A DNA stretch of 63,093 bases, filler included, from Thraustochytrium aureum (lineage: Eukaryota), in assembly GCA_012862495.1 (NCBI GenBank). It is 4 parts of 2 records of this genome, joined end to end, with 100 filler letters (N's around TTAATTAATTAA, not from the genome) between each part and the next. Parts side by side here need not be neighbours in the genome. Positions count along the whole stretch, not along the records: positions 1 to 12,151 come from BLSG01000170.1; 3 more parts are not named here. One strand, given 5' to 3'. Each line of letters starts with the position of its first letter. The stretch's first letter is position 1. Positions 1-10,164 of the stretch are shown in pieces. The notes beneath the pieces were generated by a model. The model was not told the origin of the DNA, ran no database searches, and was given only the letters and a program-made list of their open reading frames with translations. Both the position numbers and the translations under genes were made by a program.

Positions 1-831
1 GAGGTCGACTTTTACACAGGCGAGCCAGTCTACATCGGCGAATGGCAGGCTGGCGAGCGGCACGGCCGCGGCACAGAGTACGCTGTAGGTGGCAAGGTGT
101 TGTACCGCGGCAGGTGGTGGAGGGGCGCGAAGGTTAGCATGGCAGAGGAGAGCGAGCTACGCGCCGCGAGGCGAAGAAGGAGGAGGCGGCGAGGCGCAAG
201 GCTGGTGCGGCGCTGGGCTTTGGAAAGCGCCAGTCGTCCCAGAGGCCGGTTTCGAAGCGGAAGAGCCTGCTCAGTCGCTACGTGCAGGGAACGGCACGCC
301 ACCAGCGGCGGCAGTCAGGCCATGGTGCTACCGTGCGCAACGCCGTTGCTGGCGCCAAGCAGCAGGGTGATTTGGCGAGTTTCGCGTCAGAAAGTGATCC
401 TGCCGAGCCGGACCGGGAGACCAGCCACAGCTGTTGCAACAACCGTGACGACAATGACGACAATGACGACGTCGCCAGTAGCGCCGCAAGCAGCGACGGG
501 ACGTTCGACTTTGATGCGCTACTGGACGAGGGCCGGCTCGACTATGAAGACCTGCTCCACGCGAGCTCGACGGAGTCAGAGCCGCAGGGCGGAGATGAGT
601 GCTCTTCTTCCGTCAAGGTCCGTGGTGCGGATTCAGAGGCTAGGGGCTTCGGGGTGGACCAGGAGCCTGCTGGAGAGCCTACACGGCGCTCGCCTCTGGT
701 CCGAGCGGCGCGCAGCAGCACGGGAAGCTTGGCGCGTTCCGCTTGACCGCTGCTGGCCAAAGCTAGCTTTGACGAGTACGCGCACCATTAGGGTGTCGCT
801 CGTCGAAAACGGACCAGGTAGCTACGGCTAG
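1..831 (+). CDS. MORN-repeat protein, 3' part (5' end outside window; C-terminal frame uncertain)
   Basis: Frame 1 from base 1 reads EVDFYTGEPVYIGEWQAGERHGRGTEYAVGGKVLYRGRWWRG, matching the MORN consensus YxGxWxxGxxHGxG followed by YxGxW. The tail may shift into the acidic 282-746 frame. Confidence 0.7.
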   Translation, partial: EVDFYTGEPVYIGEWQAGERHGRGTEYAVGGKVLYRGRWWRGAKVSMAEESELRAARRRRRRRRGARLVRRWALESASRPRGRFRSGRACSVATCRERHATSGGSQAMVLPCATPLLAPSSRVIWRVSRQKVILPSRTGRPATAVATTVTTMTTMTTSPVAPQAATGRSTLMRYWTRAGSTMKTCSTRARRSQSRRAEMSALLPSRSVVRIQRLGASGWTRSLLESLHGARLWSERRAAAREAWRVPLDRCWPKLALTSTRTIRVSLVENGPGSYG

Positions 832-961
832 GGGACGGCGCAAGTGGCCTGTCCACAGGCTCAGAGAGCATCCCACAAGGTGCGCCGCCAGGGAATGTTG
901 GTTGATAGGTAGTGAAAGGAATTTGTCATTTTTTCATGAAAGTCCACGTGTCAACGCGAGG

Positions 962-1050
962 ACCTTCGGGCAGGCTACCTTCGGGCAGGTCATGAGTACC
1001 TTCGGGCAGGCTTAGTGCCTCGAAGTTCGGGCACATTACCTTGGGGCAGG
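962..1050. repeat. Four dispersed copies of ACCTTCGGGCAGG upstream of the tRNA
   Basis: Copies at 962-974, 977-989, 998-1010 and 1038-1050 (last has one mismatch). Confidence 0.85.
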
Positions 1051-1152
1051 TCGATCCCGATGAACGCAGCTGCCGAGTGGGCCTCACACCCTCAAAATCA
1101 ATTTCTCTATAAAGTTCAAGGGGCAGCTGATGCTCGACCAGGTGGTCACGGC

Positions 1153-1243
1153 AGCGCCATAGCTCAGCGGTAGAGTGCTGGGCCCATAGTCCTTATGGAA
1201 CTTAGCAACCCAGAAGTCGCAGGATCGAAACTTGCTGGCGCTA
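1153..1243 (+). tRNA. tRNA-iMet: Initiator tRNA-Met (CAT) with a 19-nt canonical-position intron (1189-1207)
   Basis: Acceptor stem AGCGCCA/TGGCGCT (A1:U72), D arm GCTC..GAGT, anticodon stem CTGGG/CCCAG with three G:C pairs, loop CC-CAT-A (C33), T loop ATCGAAA (A54/A60). The intron follows position 37 and contains TATGG, complementary to CCATA of the anticodon loop. Confidence 0.93.
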
Positions 1244-1246
1244 CAC

Positions 1247-1264
1247 TTTTTGCGGCTTTTTTTG
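1247..1264 (+). terminator. RNA polymerase III oligo-dT terminator
   Basis: T-run starting 4 nt after the tRNA discriminator base, with a second, longer T-run just downstream. Confidence 0.75.
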
Positions 1265-1270
1265 TGCGCC

Positions 1271-1359
1271 GAACGAAATATTGTTCGTGAACCTTTTTGT
1301 TCTATTAGAAGAACGAAGTATTGTTCGTGAGCCTTTTTTGTTCTATTAGAAGAGCGAAA
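1271..1359. repeat. AT-rich 40-41 bp tandem repeat running into an assembly gap
   Basis: GAACGAA(A/G)TATTGTTCGTGA(A/G)CCTTTTT(T)GTTCTATTAGAA twice, plus the start of a third copy at the gap edge. Confidence 0.85.
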
Positions 1360-2204
1360 NNNNNNNNNNNNNNNNNNNNNNNNNNNNNNNNNNNNNNNNN
1401 NNNNNNNNNNNNNNNNNNNNNNNNNNNNNNNNNNNNNNNNNNNNNNNNNNNNNNNNNNNNNNNNNNNNNNNNNNNNNNNNNNNNNNNNNNNNNNNNNNNN
1501 NNNNNNNNNNNNNNNNNNNNNNNNNNNNNNNNNNNNNNNNNNNNNNNNNNNNNNNNNNNNNNNNNNNNNNNNNNNNNNNNNNNNNNNNNNNNNNNNNNNN
1601 NNNNNNNNNNNNNNNNNNNNNNNNNNNNNNNNNNNNNNNNNNNNNNNNNNNNNNNNNNNNNNNNNNNNNNNNNNNNNNNNNNNNNNNNNNNNNNNNNNNN
1701 NNNNNNNNNNNNNNNNNNNNNNNNNNNNNNNNNNNNNNNNNNNNNNNNNNNNNNNNNNNNNNNNNNNNNNNNNNNNNNNNNNNNNNNNNNNNNNNNNNNN
1801 NNNNNNNNNNNNNNNNNNNNNNNNNNNNNNNNNNNNNNNNNNNNNNNNNNNNNNNNNNNNNNNNNNNNNNNNNNNNNNNNNNNNNNNNNNNNNNNNNNNN
1901 NNNNNNNNNNNNNNNNNNNNNNNNNNNNNNNNNNNNNNNNNNNNNNNNNNNNNNNNNNNNNNNNNNNNNNNNNNNNNNNNNNNNNNNNNNNNNNNNNNNN
2001 NNNNNNNNNNNNNNNNNNNNNNNNNNNNNNNNNNNNNNNNNNNNNNNNNNNNNNNNNNNNNNNNNNNNNNNNNNTCAAACCAGCAGCATTCAATTGATCT
2101 TAGGAGGGCTAGCTAGGCGACGAGGGTTTTATTCATGGGGACACAGTGCAGGGACGGAAAAACACAGGCTCGCAGGCCGCGCTCCAGGCGCGCGCGACGC
2201 AGGC

Positions 2205-4594
2205 TCAGACGCTAGACGCCCGCGCCAGCATTGCCTTGCACTCTTTGGTGTCTGGGTGGTGGTCGCCGTAAGCGGCCTGGTAGATGGCGAGCGCCTGGCG
2301 AAAGCGCCCAGCGGCCTCCTCCGGCTTGCCCTGCGACTCGAGCAGCGAGACACCGATATTGAGCAGGATGTTGGCCACCTTGGGGTGGTTGGGCCCGAGC
2401 TGCTCTTGGTAAATGGAAAGCGCCTGGTTGTACTTCTCCATGGCCTTGGCGTACTTTTTCTGCGCCTCGAGGCAAACCGCCATGTTGTTGTACGTTGTGG
2501 CAATGTCCGGAATCGCGTCCAGAGTGCGCACGTTGGCGCTCACTGCGCTAATCGACGAACCGACGCTCTGGCGGTTGCTCGTGTTTGGGGTGGTCGCCCC
2601 AGTGAGGCTGCTCCTGTGCGAGGCTCGCGCCGAGGGCGAGGAGGCAGAAGCAGCCGCAGCCGGAGACACGAGCGCTAGCGCCTGGTTGAGGATCTCGAGG
2701 GCCTGGTCCGACTGGTCCTGGTCATTCAAGATGACCGCGATGTTGTTCAGGGTAACAAAGACCGTGAGGTGCTGCTCTCCGTAGGCGCGCTCGTATATAT
2801 CAAGCGCCTGCTGGTAAAGGTCGAGCGCGTCGTCGAGGCGCGACTGGCTCGCCATCACGTTGGCCATGCTGTTGAGCACGTCAGCCACAGCCGGGTCAAA
2901 GTTGCCGAGTTTTTCGCGCCGAATCAGTATGGCCTGTTCGTACTTCTTCAAGGCCTGCTCGTACTTGCGCTGGTATGCCAGCACGTTGGCCGTGTTGACG
3001 ATCGTATCGGCCACGAGGAGCGGGTCCTTGTCCTTGATGAGGATGAGAAGCAGGCACGCCTGCTCGTACTTTTCGAGCGCCTTGTCGTACTTGCCCTTGA
3101 GGGCCCACACGTTGGCGATCTTGCTGAGCGTCTTCGCTACCATGGCGGGGTCGTTGCGCGCTTTGTGGATGAAAAAGGCCTTTTTGTACTTGCTCAACGC
3201 CAAGTCGTACTCGCGGAGGTCCTCGTACACGGTGCCCATCTTGCTCACCATCGCGGCGGCCTGCACGTCCTTCTTCTTGCGCGAGTAGACGCCCAGCGCC
3301 TCCGTGTAGTACTTGATCGCCGTGTGGAAGTGCTGCTGGTGCTTTTGCTGCTTGGGCAGCTGGTCCGCTTGGTCCTTGAGGATGAACAGCAGCAAATCAC
3401 CTGCTTGCGCGACGAGGTCGGCGAGCTCGAGACCCGACTTGTTGGGGCGCAACCTGGACAAGCTCAGGATCGTGCTCTGCACCAGCCAGGTTTGGCTCTG
3501 CTCCCGAACAGACTTTTGGATCGCGCTCCGCGAGGTGTGGCCCTTGAGGAGCGCGTAGTCCTCCCGTTTCCCGCAAGCCAGGTCTTGGTTTTGCACTGTG
3601 CGCAAAATGGCGTCTACTCTGCCCTTGTCGAGCAAGACCTCGGCTCTTCCTCGAACAGGGTCGAGGCGCTGTCGCTGTCCACTGCGGCGTCGGGCTCGTT
3701 CTGCGGCTCGGAGATTGGCGACGTGCTCAGTCCCGAGATTTTGCCAGCCGCCTCGCCGCGGCGCGCGCGCGGGACCATCGTGGGCAGCGAGAACCCCGTG
3801 GCCAGCATGTGGTGAATTTCCCAAGCGCACCAAAAGCGCGTAAGCACGTGGGGGTCTTCCCAGCTCTCGAGGAGGACCCACCGCGAGTCGAAGCGCGCCA
3901 TGGCTTTGACCAAGACGTCAAGCAAGCCGCGCTTGTCCTCGCCCTGGTCGAGGATGCGAGCAAAGTTGACGCCGAAAATGTCCATCCAGACAAACTGCTC
4001 GTCGGTGCGCTTGTGCTTGCGTCGGCACTCGGCCACAAGCGCGTCGGCCAGGACGACGAGGCGCGTGTCTCGCGGGCAAACAAGGTAGCAGCCTTGCAGG
4101 GGGCCGCCGAGGGCGTGCCCCCCCTTTCGCTCGATGATGTCGACGACGGGGACCAAGTCGTCGCGAGCCTCTTCCAGCAGCACAAACTCGAAAACGTCCT
4201 CAATGGTCCACTCGCGGCGCCGTTTCTCGCGCGCCACGCGCGCGGGGATTGTCACGAGCTTGTCTTCTCCGCTGGCTCTTGCGCGCAAGTCGCCCGACCC
4301 GAGCTCCTCGACAACGTGCAGTGTGCGCCCGCTCGAGGAAACGCCGCTCACGTCCTCGGTGAGCACCACGAGCTTGATGTCGGGGCCAACCTCCTCCGCG
4401 ACCACGCCGGCAGCGAGCGATGCGATGTAGCTCACCGGCACGCCCTTGAACGTGACGAGCCTGTTGCTCAAGTCGTCCTCCTTGGGCTTGTCGCGCCTCG
4501 CGAGGGACATCCTCGAGCCCCTGGAGCTCTTGGAGCTCCGTCTAAAGCTCAGCCTCTTCAGGCTCTGCCTCAGCGTGCTCGTCACGGCGTCCAT
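2205..4594 (-). CDS. HET/TIR-like domain + TPR-repeat (kinesin-light-chain-like TPR) protein; frameshift near 3645
   Basis: ORF 3614-4741 has FVWMDIFGVN...WEDPHVLTRFWCAWEI. ORF 2205-3881 has many TPRs (VADTIVNTANVLAYQRKYEQALKKYEQAILIRREKLG; HPKVANILLNIG). One added base at GAGGAAGAGCCGAGGTC joins the two frames. Confidence 0.8.
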
Positions 4595-5998
4595 CTCTCC
4601 TTTCAGCTCGGCGCCACCGCAGGCCCGCCCAGCTGCAGCGCTCGGTGTGGCCGTCCCACGTGAGGCGGCCTCAAGTGGACGGCTGCACCTGGAGCCTCGG
4701 CTGCGGGCCAGCGGCTGCGTCCTGCCTGGCCGCTCCCCCAACGCTCGCGCCGCGCCTCTGCACCCGGCAGGCGACTCTGTCTCGCTCGCAGGGGCTGCGG
4801 GCCAGTGCGCGGCTGGATGGGGTGCCTGCCCGCTGCCTGTCGCACGCCCTTGGACGCCTGGCGCTCGTTTTGCATCTGTTCTGCTCTTTTTTCTGTCTGG
4901 TGTTCACGAGAAGAGGGAAAATGCGCCACGCGCCAGCCCGCCCGCTTTAAAACGCAAGCTCGACGGCGCCTTCGCACAAGGACGCACCCGCCGCATTCTT
5001 AACCAGCGCGCGCCGCGCAGCCAGCCAGGCGTCCCGGGCGAGCACATCGCGTAACGCGCGGTGCCAGAATGACGAGGACGCCCGGCGCACANNNNNNNNN
5101 NNNNNNNNNNNNNNNNNNNNNNNNNNNNNNNNNNNNNNNNNNNNNNNNNNNNNNNNNNNNNNNNNNNNNNNNNNNNNNNNNNNNNNNNNNNNNNNNNNNN
5201 NNNNNNNNNNNNNNNNNNNNNNNNNNNNNNNNNNNNNNNNNNNNNNNNNNNNNNNNNNNNNNNNNNNNNNNNNNNNNNNNNNNNNNNNNNNNNNNNNNNN
5301 NNNNNNNNNNNNNNNNNNNNNNNNNNNNNNNNNNNNNNNNNNNNNNNNNNNNNNNNNNNNNNNNNNNNNNNNNNNNNNNNNNNNNNNNNNNNNNNNNNNN
5401 NNNNNNNNNNNNNNNNNNNNNNNNNNNNNNNNNNNNNNNNNNNNNNNNNNNNNNNNNNNNNNNNNNNNNNNNNNNNNNNNNNNNNNNNNNNNNNNNNNNN
5501 NNNNNNNNNNNNNNNNNNNNNNNNNNNNNNNNNNNNNNNNNNNNNNNNNNNNNNNNNNNNNNNNNNNNNNNNNNNNNNNNNNNNNNNNNNNNNNNNNNNN
5601 NNNNNNNNNNNNNNNNNNNNNNNNNNNNNNNNNNNNNNNNNNNNNNNNNNNNNNNNNNNNNNNNNNNNNNNNNNNNNNNNNNNNNNNNNNNNNNNNNNNN
5701 NNNNNNNNNNNNNNNNNNNNNNNNNNNNNNNNNNNNNNNNNNNNNNNNNNNNNNNNNNNNNNNNNNNNNNNNNNNNNNNNNNNNNNNNNNNNNNNNNNNN
5801 NNNNNNNNNNNNNNNNNNNNNNNNNNNNNNNNNNNNNNNNNNNNNNNNNNNNNNNNNNNNNNNNNNNNNNNNNNNNNNNNNNNNNNNNNNNNNNNNNNNN
5901 NNNNNNNNNNNNNNNNNNNNNNNNNNNNNNNNNNNNNNNNNNNNNNNNNNNNNNNNNNNNNNNNNNNNNNNNNNNNNNNNNNNNNNNNNNNNNNNNNN

Positions 5999-6299
5999 GC
6001 AGCGGGCGTCCTGCGCCGCCGCCCCCACCGCCTGCCGCTGGCGGCTCGCCTGCTACAAGTCGGGCGCCGTCAGAGCCAACAGCGCGCGCCCTTACGCATA
6101 CGCGCCGCAAGCGGCTGACGAGCTCACGCTGGCCGAGGGCGACATTGTCACGATCACGGCGAAGGAGGACGACGGCTGGTGGCAGGGCAGACTTGCGAAT
6201 GGCGCATCTGGCGTCTTTCCGAGCAACTATGTCGAGCTGATAGGCGACGAGTACGAGTACGACGACGACGATGATGGATATACGGGCTCGGCGGTATAG
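5999..6299 (+). CDS. C-terminus of a proline-rich + SH3-domain protein (rest in gap)
   Basis: YAYAPQAADELTLAEGDIVTITAKEDDGWWQGRLANGASGVFPSNYVELI is a canonical SH3 (ELT, WW, GxFPxNYV). It is preceded by a poly-Pro stretch and followed by an acidic tail and TAG at 6297-6299. Missed by the ORF track. Confidence 0.88.
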
Positions 6300-6640
6300 G
6301 AAAAGTTGATGCATCTCTGAATACGAGTTGGCTTTTGGGCGAGCACGACCGCAGCGCCGCGGTTTGGTTGCAGCGCCGCGGTTTGGCGTGCGAGCCCCCT
6401 GCATTGTTGACGGCCCTCGAAACCGCGACGACTCAGATAGTAGGTAGATAGCTGGAAGAACGACCAACGCGACTACTGGCTCCTCGCTTTGGCTCCTCCG
6501 CTTGCTCTAGGCCAGCAACAGGCCGACGCGGCGGGGCGAGAGGGCGCCCCTGGCCTGCTGGCGCTCTGCAGTCCAGCCCGCCTGTGGCCCGCTGGCGCTC
6601 TGCAGTCCAGCTCGCCTGGAAAGCAGATCCAATTTCAGCG

Positions 6641-7486
6641 TCAGAACCAGCGCCTGCCTCGGAACCCAAAGCGGCGAAAAGCCCAGAATGCCGCCCCGAC
6701 GCCCGCCCCCACGAGATGCGACACATAGCCGACTTGCGTCTGCGAGCTCCCGAAGCGCACCCCCGCAGGCGCGCTGAGAGCTCCGAAGGCGTCCTGAAAC
6801 ATGACAAACACCCCAAAGATAGCTGCCGGGATCGGGATTATCCCGTACAACATGATGAGCCGCCGCGGCCACTCGAGCACGCTGAAAGCGACGCAGCTGT
6901 TGACGGCGCCAGAGGCGCCAAACAGCACGGTGCGCTGGCGCGAGCTGTACGCCTGCGCCACCTGCGCCGCAGATGACACCACGCCAGATCCAAGGTACAT
7001 GCCGAGGAACGCGCGGGCCCCGAGGTAGGCGATGAGTTCGCCGCCGAAAAAGTAGAGCCCGAGCATGTTGACCATGAGGTGCCAAATGTTTTCGTGCGAA
7101 AAGGTGCAGGTCAGAAGCGTGTGCAGGCGGTGGTGCACGAGCACGCCCTCCGGAGAGCACGTGAAATGTTTGTACATGAAGAACGGATTCTGCGTCTTCC
7201 ACAGCAAGAACACGCCCACGTTCGCGCCGAGCACGCCATACAGTACCTGGTCGCTGCTAATCCCACCACCACGCCGCATCGGCGGCCCTCCTGCGCCGCC
7301 GCGATACATGGTCCTGAGCCCTGTGCCGCCGAGCGGCTTCAGTGTCGATCCAAGTCCGCATGACCGTCGCGTCAGGGCGCTCGCCCTGAGCACGTCTACA
7401 GGCCTGCTCCCCGCATGTCGCGCGGCGCCGCCCGTCGCGTACGTCCGCAGCGCTGCGCGGCCCGCCCAGCCAAACGCCGCCGCCAT
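6641..7486 (-). CDS. Rhomboid intramembrane serine protease, probably organelle-targeted
   Basis: TFSHENIWHLMVNM, catalytic GASG, SHLVGAGVG. Arg/Ala-rich N-terminus resembles a transit peptide. Confidence 0.9.
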   Translation of the reverse strand: MAAAFGWAGRAALRTYATGGAARHAGSRPVDVLRASALTRRSCGLGSTLKPLGGTGLRTMYRGGAGGPPMRRGGGISSDQVLYGVLGANVGVFLLWKTQNPFFMYKHFTCSPEGVLVHHRLHTLLTCTFSHENIWHLMVNMLGLYFFGGELIAYLGARAFLGMYLGSGVVSSAAQVAQAYSSRQRTVLFGASGAVNSCVAFSVLEWPRRLIMLYGIIPIPAAIFGVFVMFQDAFGALSAPAGVRFGSSQTQVGYVSHLVGAGVGAAFWAFRRFGFRGRRWF

Positions 7487-7771
7487 CGCTGCCGCGCCGC
7501 CACGCTCGAGCCGGCGCGACAACCAGCGCAACAGCCAGGGCAACAACAAGCCGCGCCGTCGCAAGTCGCCAGGCCGCCAGCGCCCAGCCGACCTCGCCAG
7601 ACCACCAGCTGGATGCGCCGAGAGGACCTGACCGCCTGGACGGAGAGAGTTCGTTCAACGCTCTCGTTGGCGGCAGGGCGTCAGCTCGCGTCTTCCTCCG
7701 AAAAGTTGGCTCTCGAGACCAACTCCGACGCGCAGACCCCGAACTCGACTGGCTCGTGGCGGCAGTCCCGC

Positions 7772-7838
7772 GCAGCAGCAGCAGCAGCAGCAGCAGCAGC
7801 GCCAAGCAGCAGCAGCACCAGCAGCACAAGCAGCAGCT
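7772..7838. repeat. (GCA)n microsatellite between the divergent rhomboid and CDF genes
   Basis: Directly visible. Similar CAG/CTG tracts at about 10096, 30747 and 60103. Confidence 0.9.
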
Positions 7839-7904
7839 GGCGATAGACAAGACTGGCAGGCGGCCTTTTGCAGGGTCTGGGGCCGCTGTCGCGCGCCAGG
7901 ACGT

Positions 7905-8759
7905 ATGGCGTCAGAGTACAGGCGGCTGTCGGAAGTCCGTGACGACGACGAAGCAGAGGTCCAGACGGGCAAGTGGTGGACGCTGTGCAGACCTGGGAGC
8001 AATGTGGTGCTGCTGAGCGCGGTGTTTGTGCTGTTCGGCGCGTTTGCGGCGAGCGAGATGGTCGCGGCGCTGGCGTCCAACAGCATTTCGCTGCTCGAGG
8101 ACGCGATGAGCATGGTCGTCGACTCGGCGACGTACGTGCTCAATATGGCGGCAGAGCGCAAGAAGGACTCTGGCGTGGCGGAGCGCACGCGGCTCAAACT
8201 CGAGTTTTACATTCCGCTCTGCAGCGTTGCAGCGCTTGTGGCTGCCTCGGCGTACGGCATCGTGCAGGCCACGAAAGTCATCGCTTCGCCGCCCGAAGAC
8301 CCGAGCACTGGCGACACAGTCATGCTCGTGTTTGCGTCGATCAACCTGATCATAGACATCGTCTCTATCTTTTGCTTTGCGAGTGTTAACCGGCTGCTCG
8401 GCTATGAGAGCCTGGACGCCGATGCCGAGGGCGAGTCGGATACATTCCAGGGCGACGAAGGCGAAGCCGGCCTGCTTGGCCAGTCGGCTAGTTTTGACGA
8501 GGACAGCTCAAACGAGACGGCGCACGCGAGACACAAGAGCAATACGAACATGTGCTCCGCATACACGCACGTTTTAGCCGACACCTTGAGGAGCCTCGCG
8601 GTTATGACAGCTGCGCTGGTCTCGATGAGCAGCGACGACATCAACGCCGATGTAGCAGACGCTTGGGCGGCCATCGTCGTCTCGTGCATCATCTTCGGTT
8701 CCATTCTGCCGCTTATGTGGGGCCTCAAGCAAAAGTACCAGCAGCTGTACGTCGATTAG
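7905..8759 (+). CDS. Cation diffusion facilitator (CDF) metal transporter lacking the cytosolic C-terminal domain
   Basis: Six hydrophobic segments; SISLLEDAMSMVVD (TM2) and NMCSAYTHVLADTLRS (TM5 HxxxD). Confidence 0.85.
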   Translation: MASEYRRLSEVRDDDEAEVQTGKWWTLCRPGSNVVLLSAVFVLFGAFAASEMVAALASNSISLLEDAMSMVVDSATYVLNMAAERKKDSGVAERTRLKLEFYIPLCSVAALVAASAYGIVQATKVIASPPEDPSTGDTVMLVFASINLIIDIVSIFCFASVNRLLGYESLDADAEGESDTFQGDEGEAGLLGQSASFDEDSSNETAHARHKSNTNMCSAYTHVLADTLRSLAVMTAALVSMSSDDINADVADAWAAIVVSCIIFGSILPLMWGLKQKYQQLYVD

Positions 8760-9435
8760 CGAAGCCGAATGCCACGCAAGGGGGCGCGAGCAGAAGCTCG
8801 GGCCGCTCGTGGCAAGAGCCAGTAGAGTTAGCCTATCGCACGCACACAAACAAACAGACGGCACGTTTTCCCCAAGCTTGCCGCTTTGCTTTTTGGCGTG
8901 TTGTCCTCGTTCAGGGCCATCATATCCTTCCAACAGGGCTTTCTGATTCGATATTGGAAGGAGGGCCCAACTGCTGCACTTGGTTGGTGCGTTCCCGTAG
9001 TTAACCCATGGATCATCAAGGACAGAGCAGGGCGGCATGGCAGCAGGCCGCCTGCAGGGGTCCGGGTCCTCGATCAAGTCTGCATCGATAGAACGCACTC
9101 TTTCTTGAGAATCTTTCTTGAGATTGTCACAGGCGTTTCGTGGCCAGGCCATTTTTTGTCAGGCTCTGTGCCATCTTCAGACTCTGGGTTTTCAGTCTGG
9201 TTCCTGTGGGACTGGTCTGGGGGCTCGCCAGCACGCAGTCTCCGACGCGCGCAGAGACGTCCTTCCTTATCCTCTAGAGAGACTCTGCCCGAAGCCAACC
9301 CAGTGAGTACCATGGAGTATCAAGACCAAAACGAAACAAACGTGATATGTTACAAGGGTTCGCCTGCGTCCACGGCACGGGCGACCAATACTCCTACAGC
9401 CCTTTTCTTCAGAAACGAGGCGGACGTGCAGTGGG

Positions 9436-10164
9436 CTAGGCCGAGTCTGCACGGCGCGTCCGCAACGCCTCGTCGCAAGCGCAGTCCTGCAGCCTCTTCA
9501 CGGTGGCCTTGTTCATTCGCGGGGACAGACCGCTCAGACGCGCATGCTTTTTGGGTAAAGGAGGAAGCGGCGGCTCTGCCGGGGCCGTTTCTTCTGGCCC
9601 AGGGAGAGCCTTGACCAGTTTCCACGCGAGGGCACTTGCCACCTTGGTGTCCTCCTGGCGTTCGCCACTGCACGCCTCGCTGTCCGCCTCCTCCTCCTCC
9701 TCCTCCTCCTCTTCCAATCCGCTGGCATCCTCCTGCGACCAGGCTCGCGCCTGCATTATAAAGCTTCCGTCATGCGCCGCCAACAGCTCCGCAGCCGGGT
9801 CAAAGTCAGGCTCGCTCCAACTTTCATCGGACGAGGCCGAGTCCCCAGAGAGCGTTTCCTCCGAGTTGTTGTGCACAAGCTTGGCCGAGATCGGCTCGCG
9901 ATCCACCTGCGCCGCCGCGCTTTCCATGTACGCCTGAACTTCCCTCGCGTCCACCATGGCGCTCTTCGCCCGCCTGTGCCTCCACGGGCGAAGCCGCCGA
10001 CCGCCGTCGTCTTTCTTGCCGCTCGCAAAGAGCCTCTGCAGCAACGACCCGGAATGCAATTGCCTAGCACCCCCCGCGCCGCCACCACCACCACCAGCAG
10101 CAGCAGCAGCAGCAGCCGCCGCCTTCGCGTCCGCAGCCGTCTCGCCGGCCGGCATCCCGTCCAT
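9436..10164 (-). CDS. Hypothetical low-complexity acidic protein
   Basis: Open frame with poly-Ala/Gly and poly-Glu tracts; no recognised domain. Confidence 0.4.
   Translation of the reverse strand: MDGMPAGETAADAKAAAAAAAAAGGGGGGAGGARQLHSGSLLQRLFASGKKDDGGRRLRPWRHRRAKSAMVDAREVQAYMESAAAQVDREPISAKLVHNNSEETLSGDSASSDESWSEPDFDPAAELLAAHDGSFIMQARAWSQEDASGLEEEEEEEEEADSEACSGERQEDTKVASALAWKLVKALPGPEETAPAEPPLPPLPKKHARLSGLSPRMNKATVKRLQDCACDEALRTRRADSA

Noticed and set aside
962..1359. CRISPR-like array
   Set aside because: The repeats are too short or directly tandem, have no regular unique spacers, there are no cas genes, and the context is eukaryotic.
8880..9430. Lower-GC intergenic segments (also 46880-47240 and 60180-60780) as snRNA genes or transposon remnants
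   Set aside because: I saw only a short hairpin and an Sm-like ATTTTTTG. There was no recognisable U1/U2/U5/U6 signature, transposase or RT motif, or terminal repeat.
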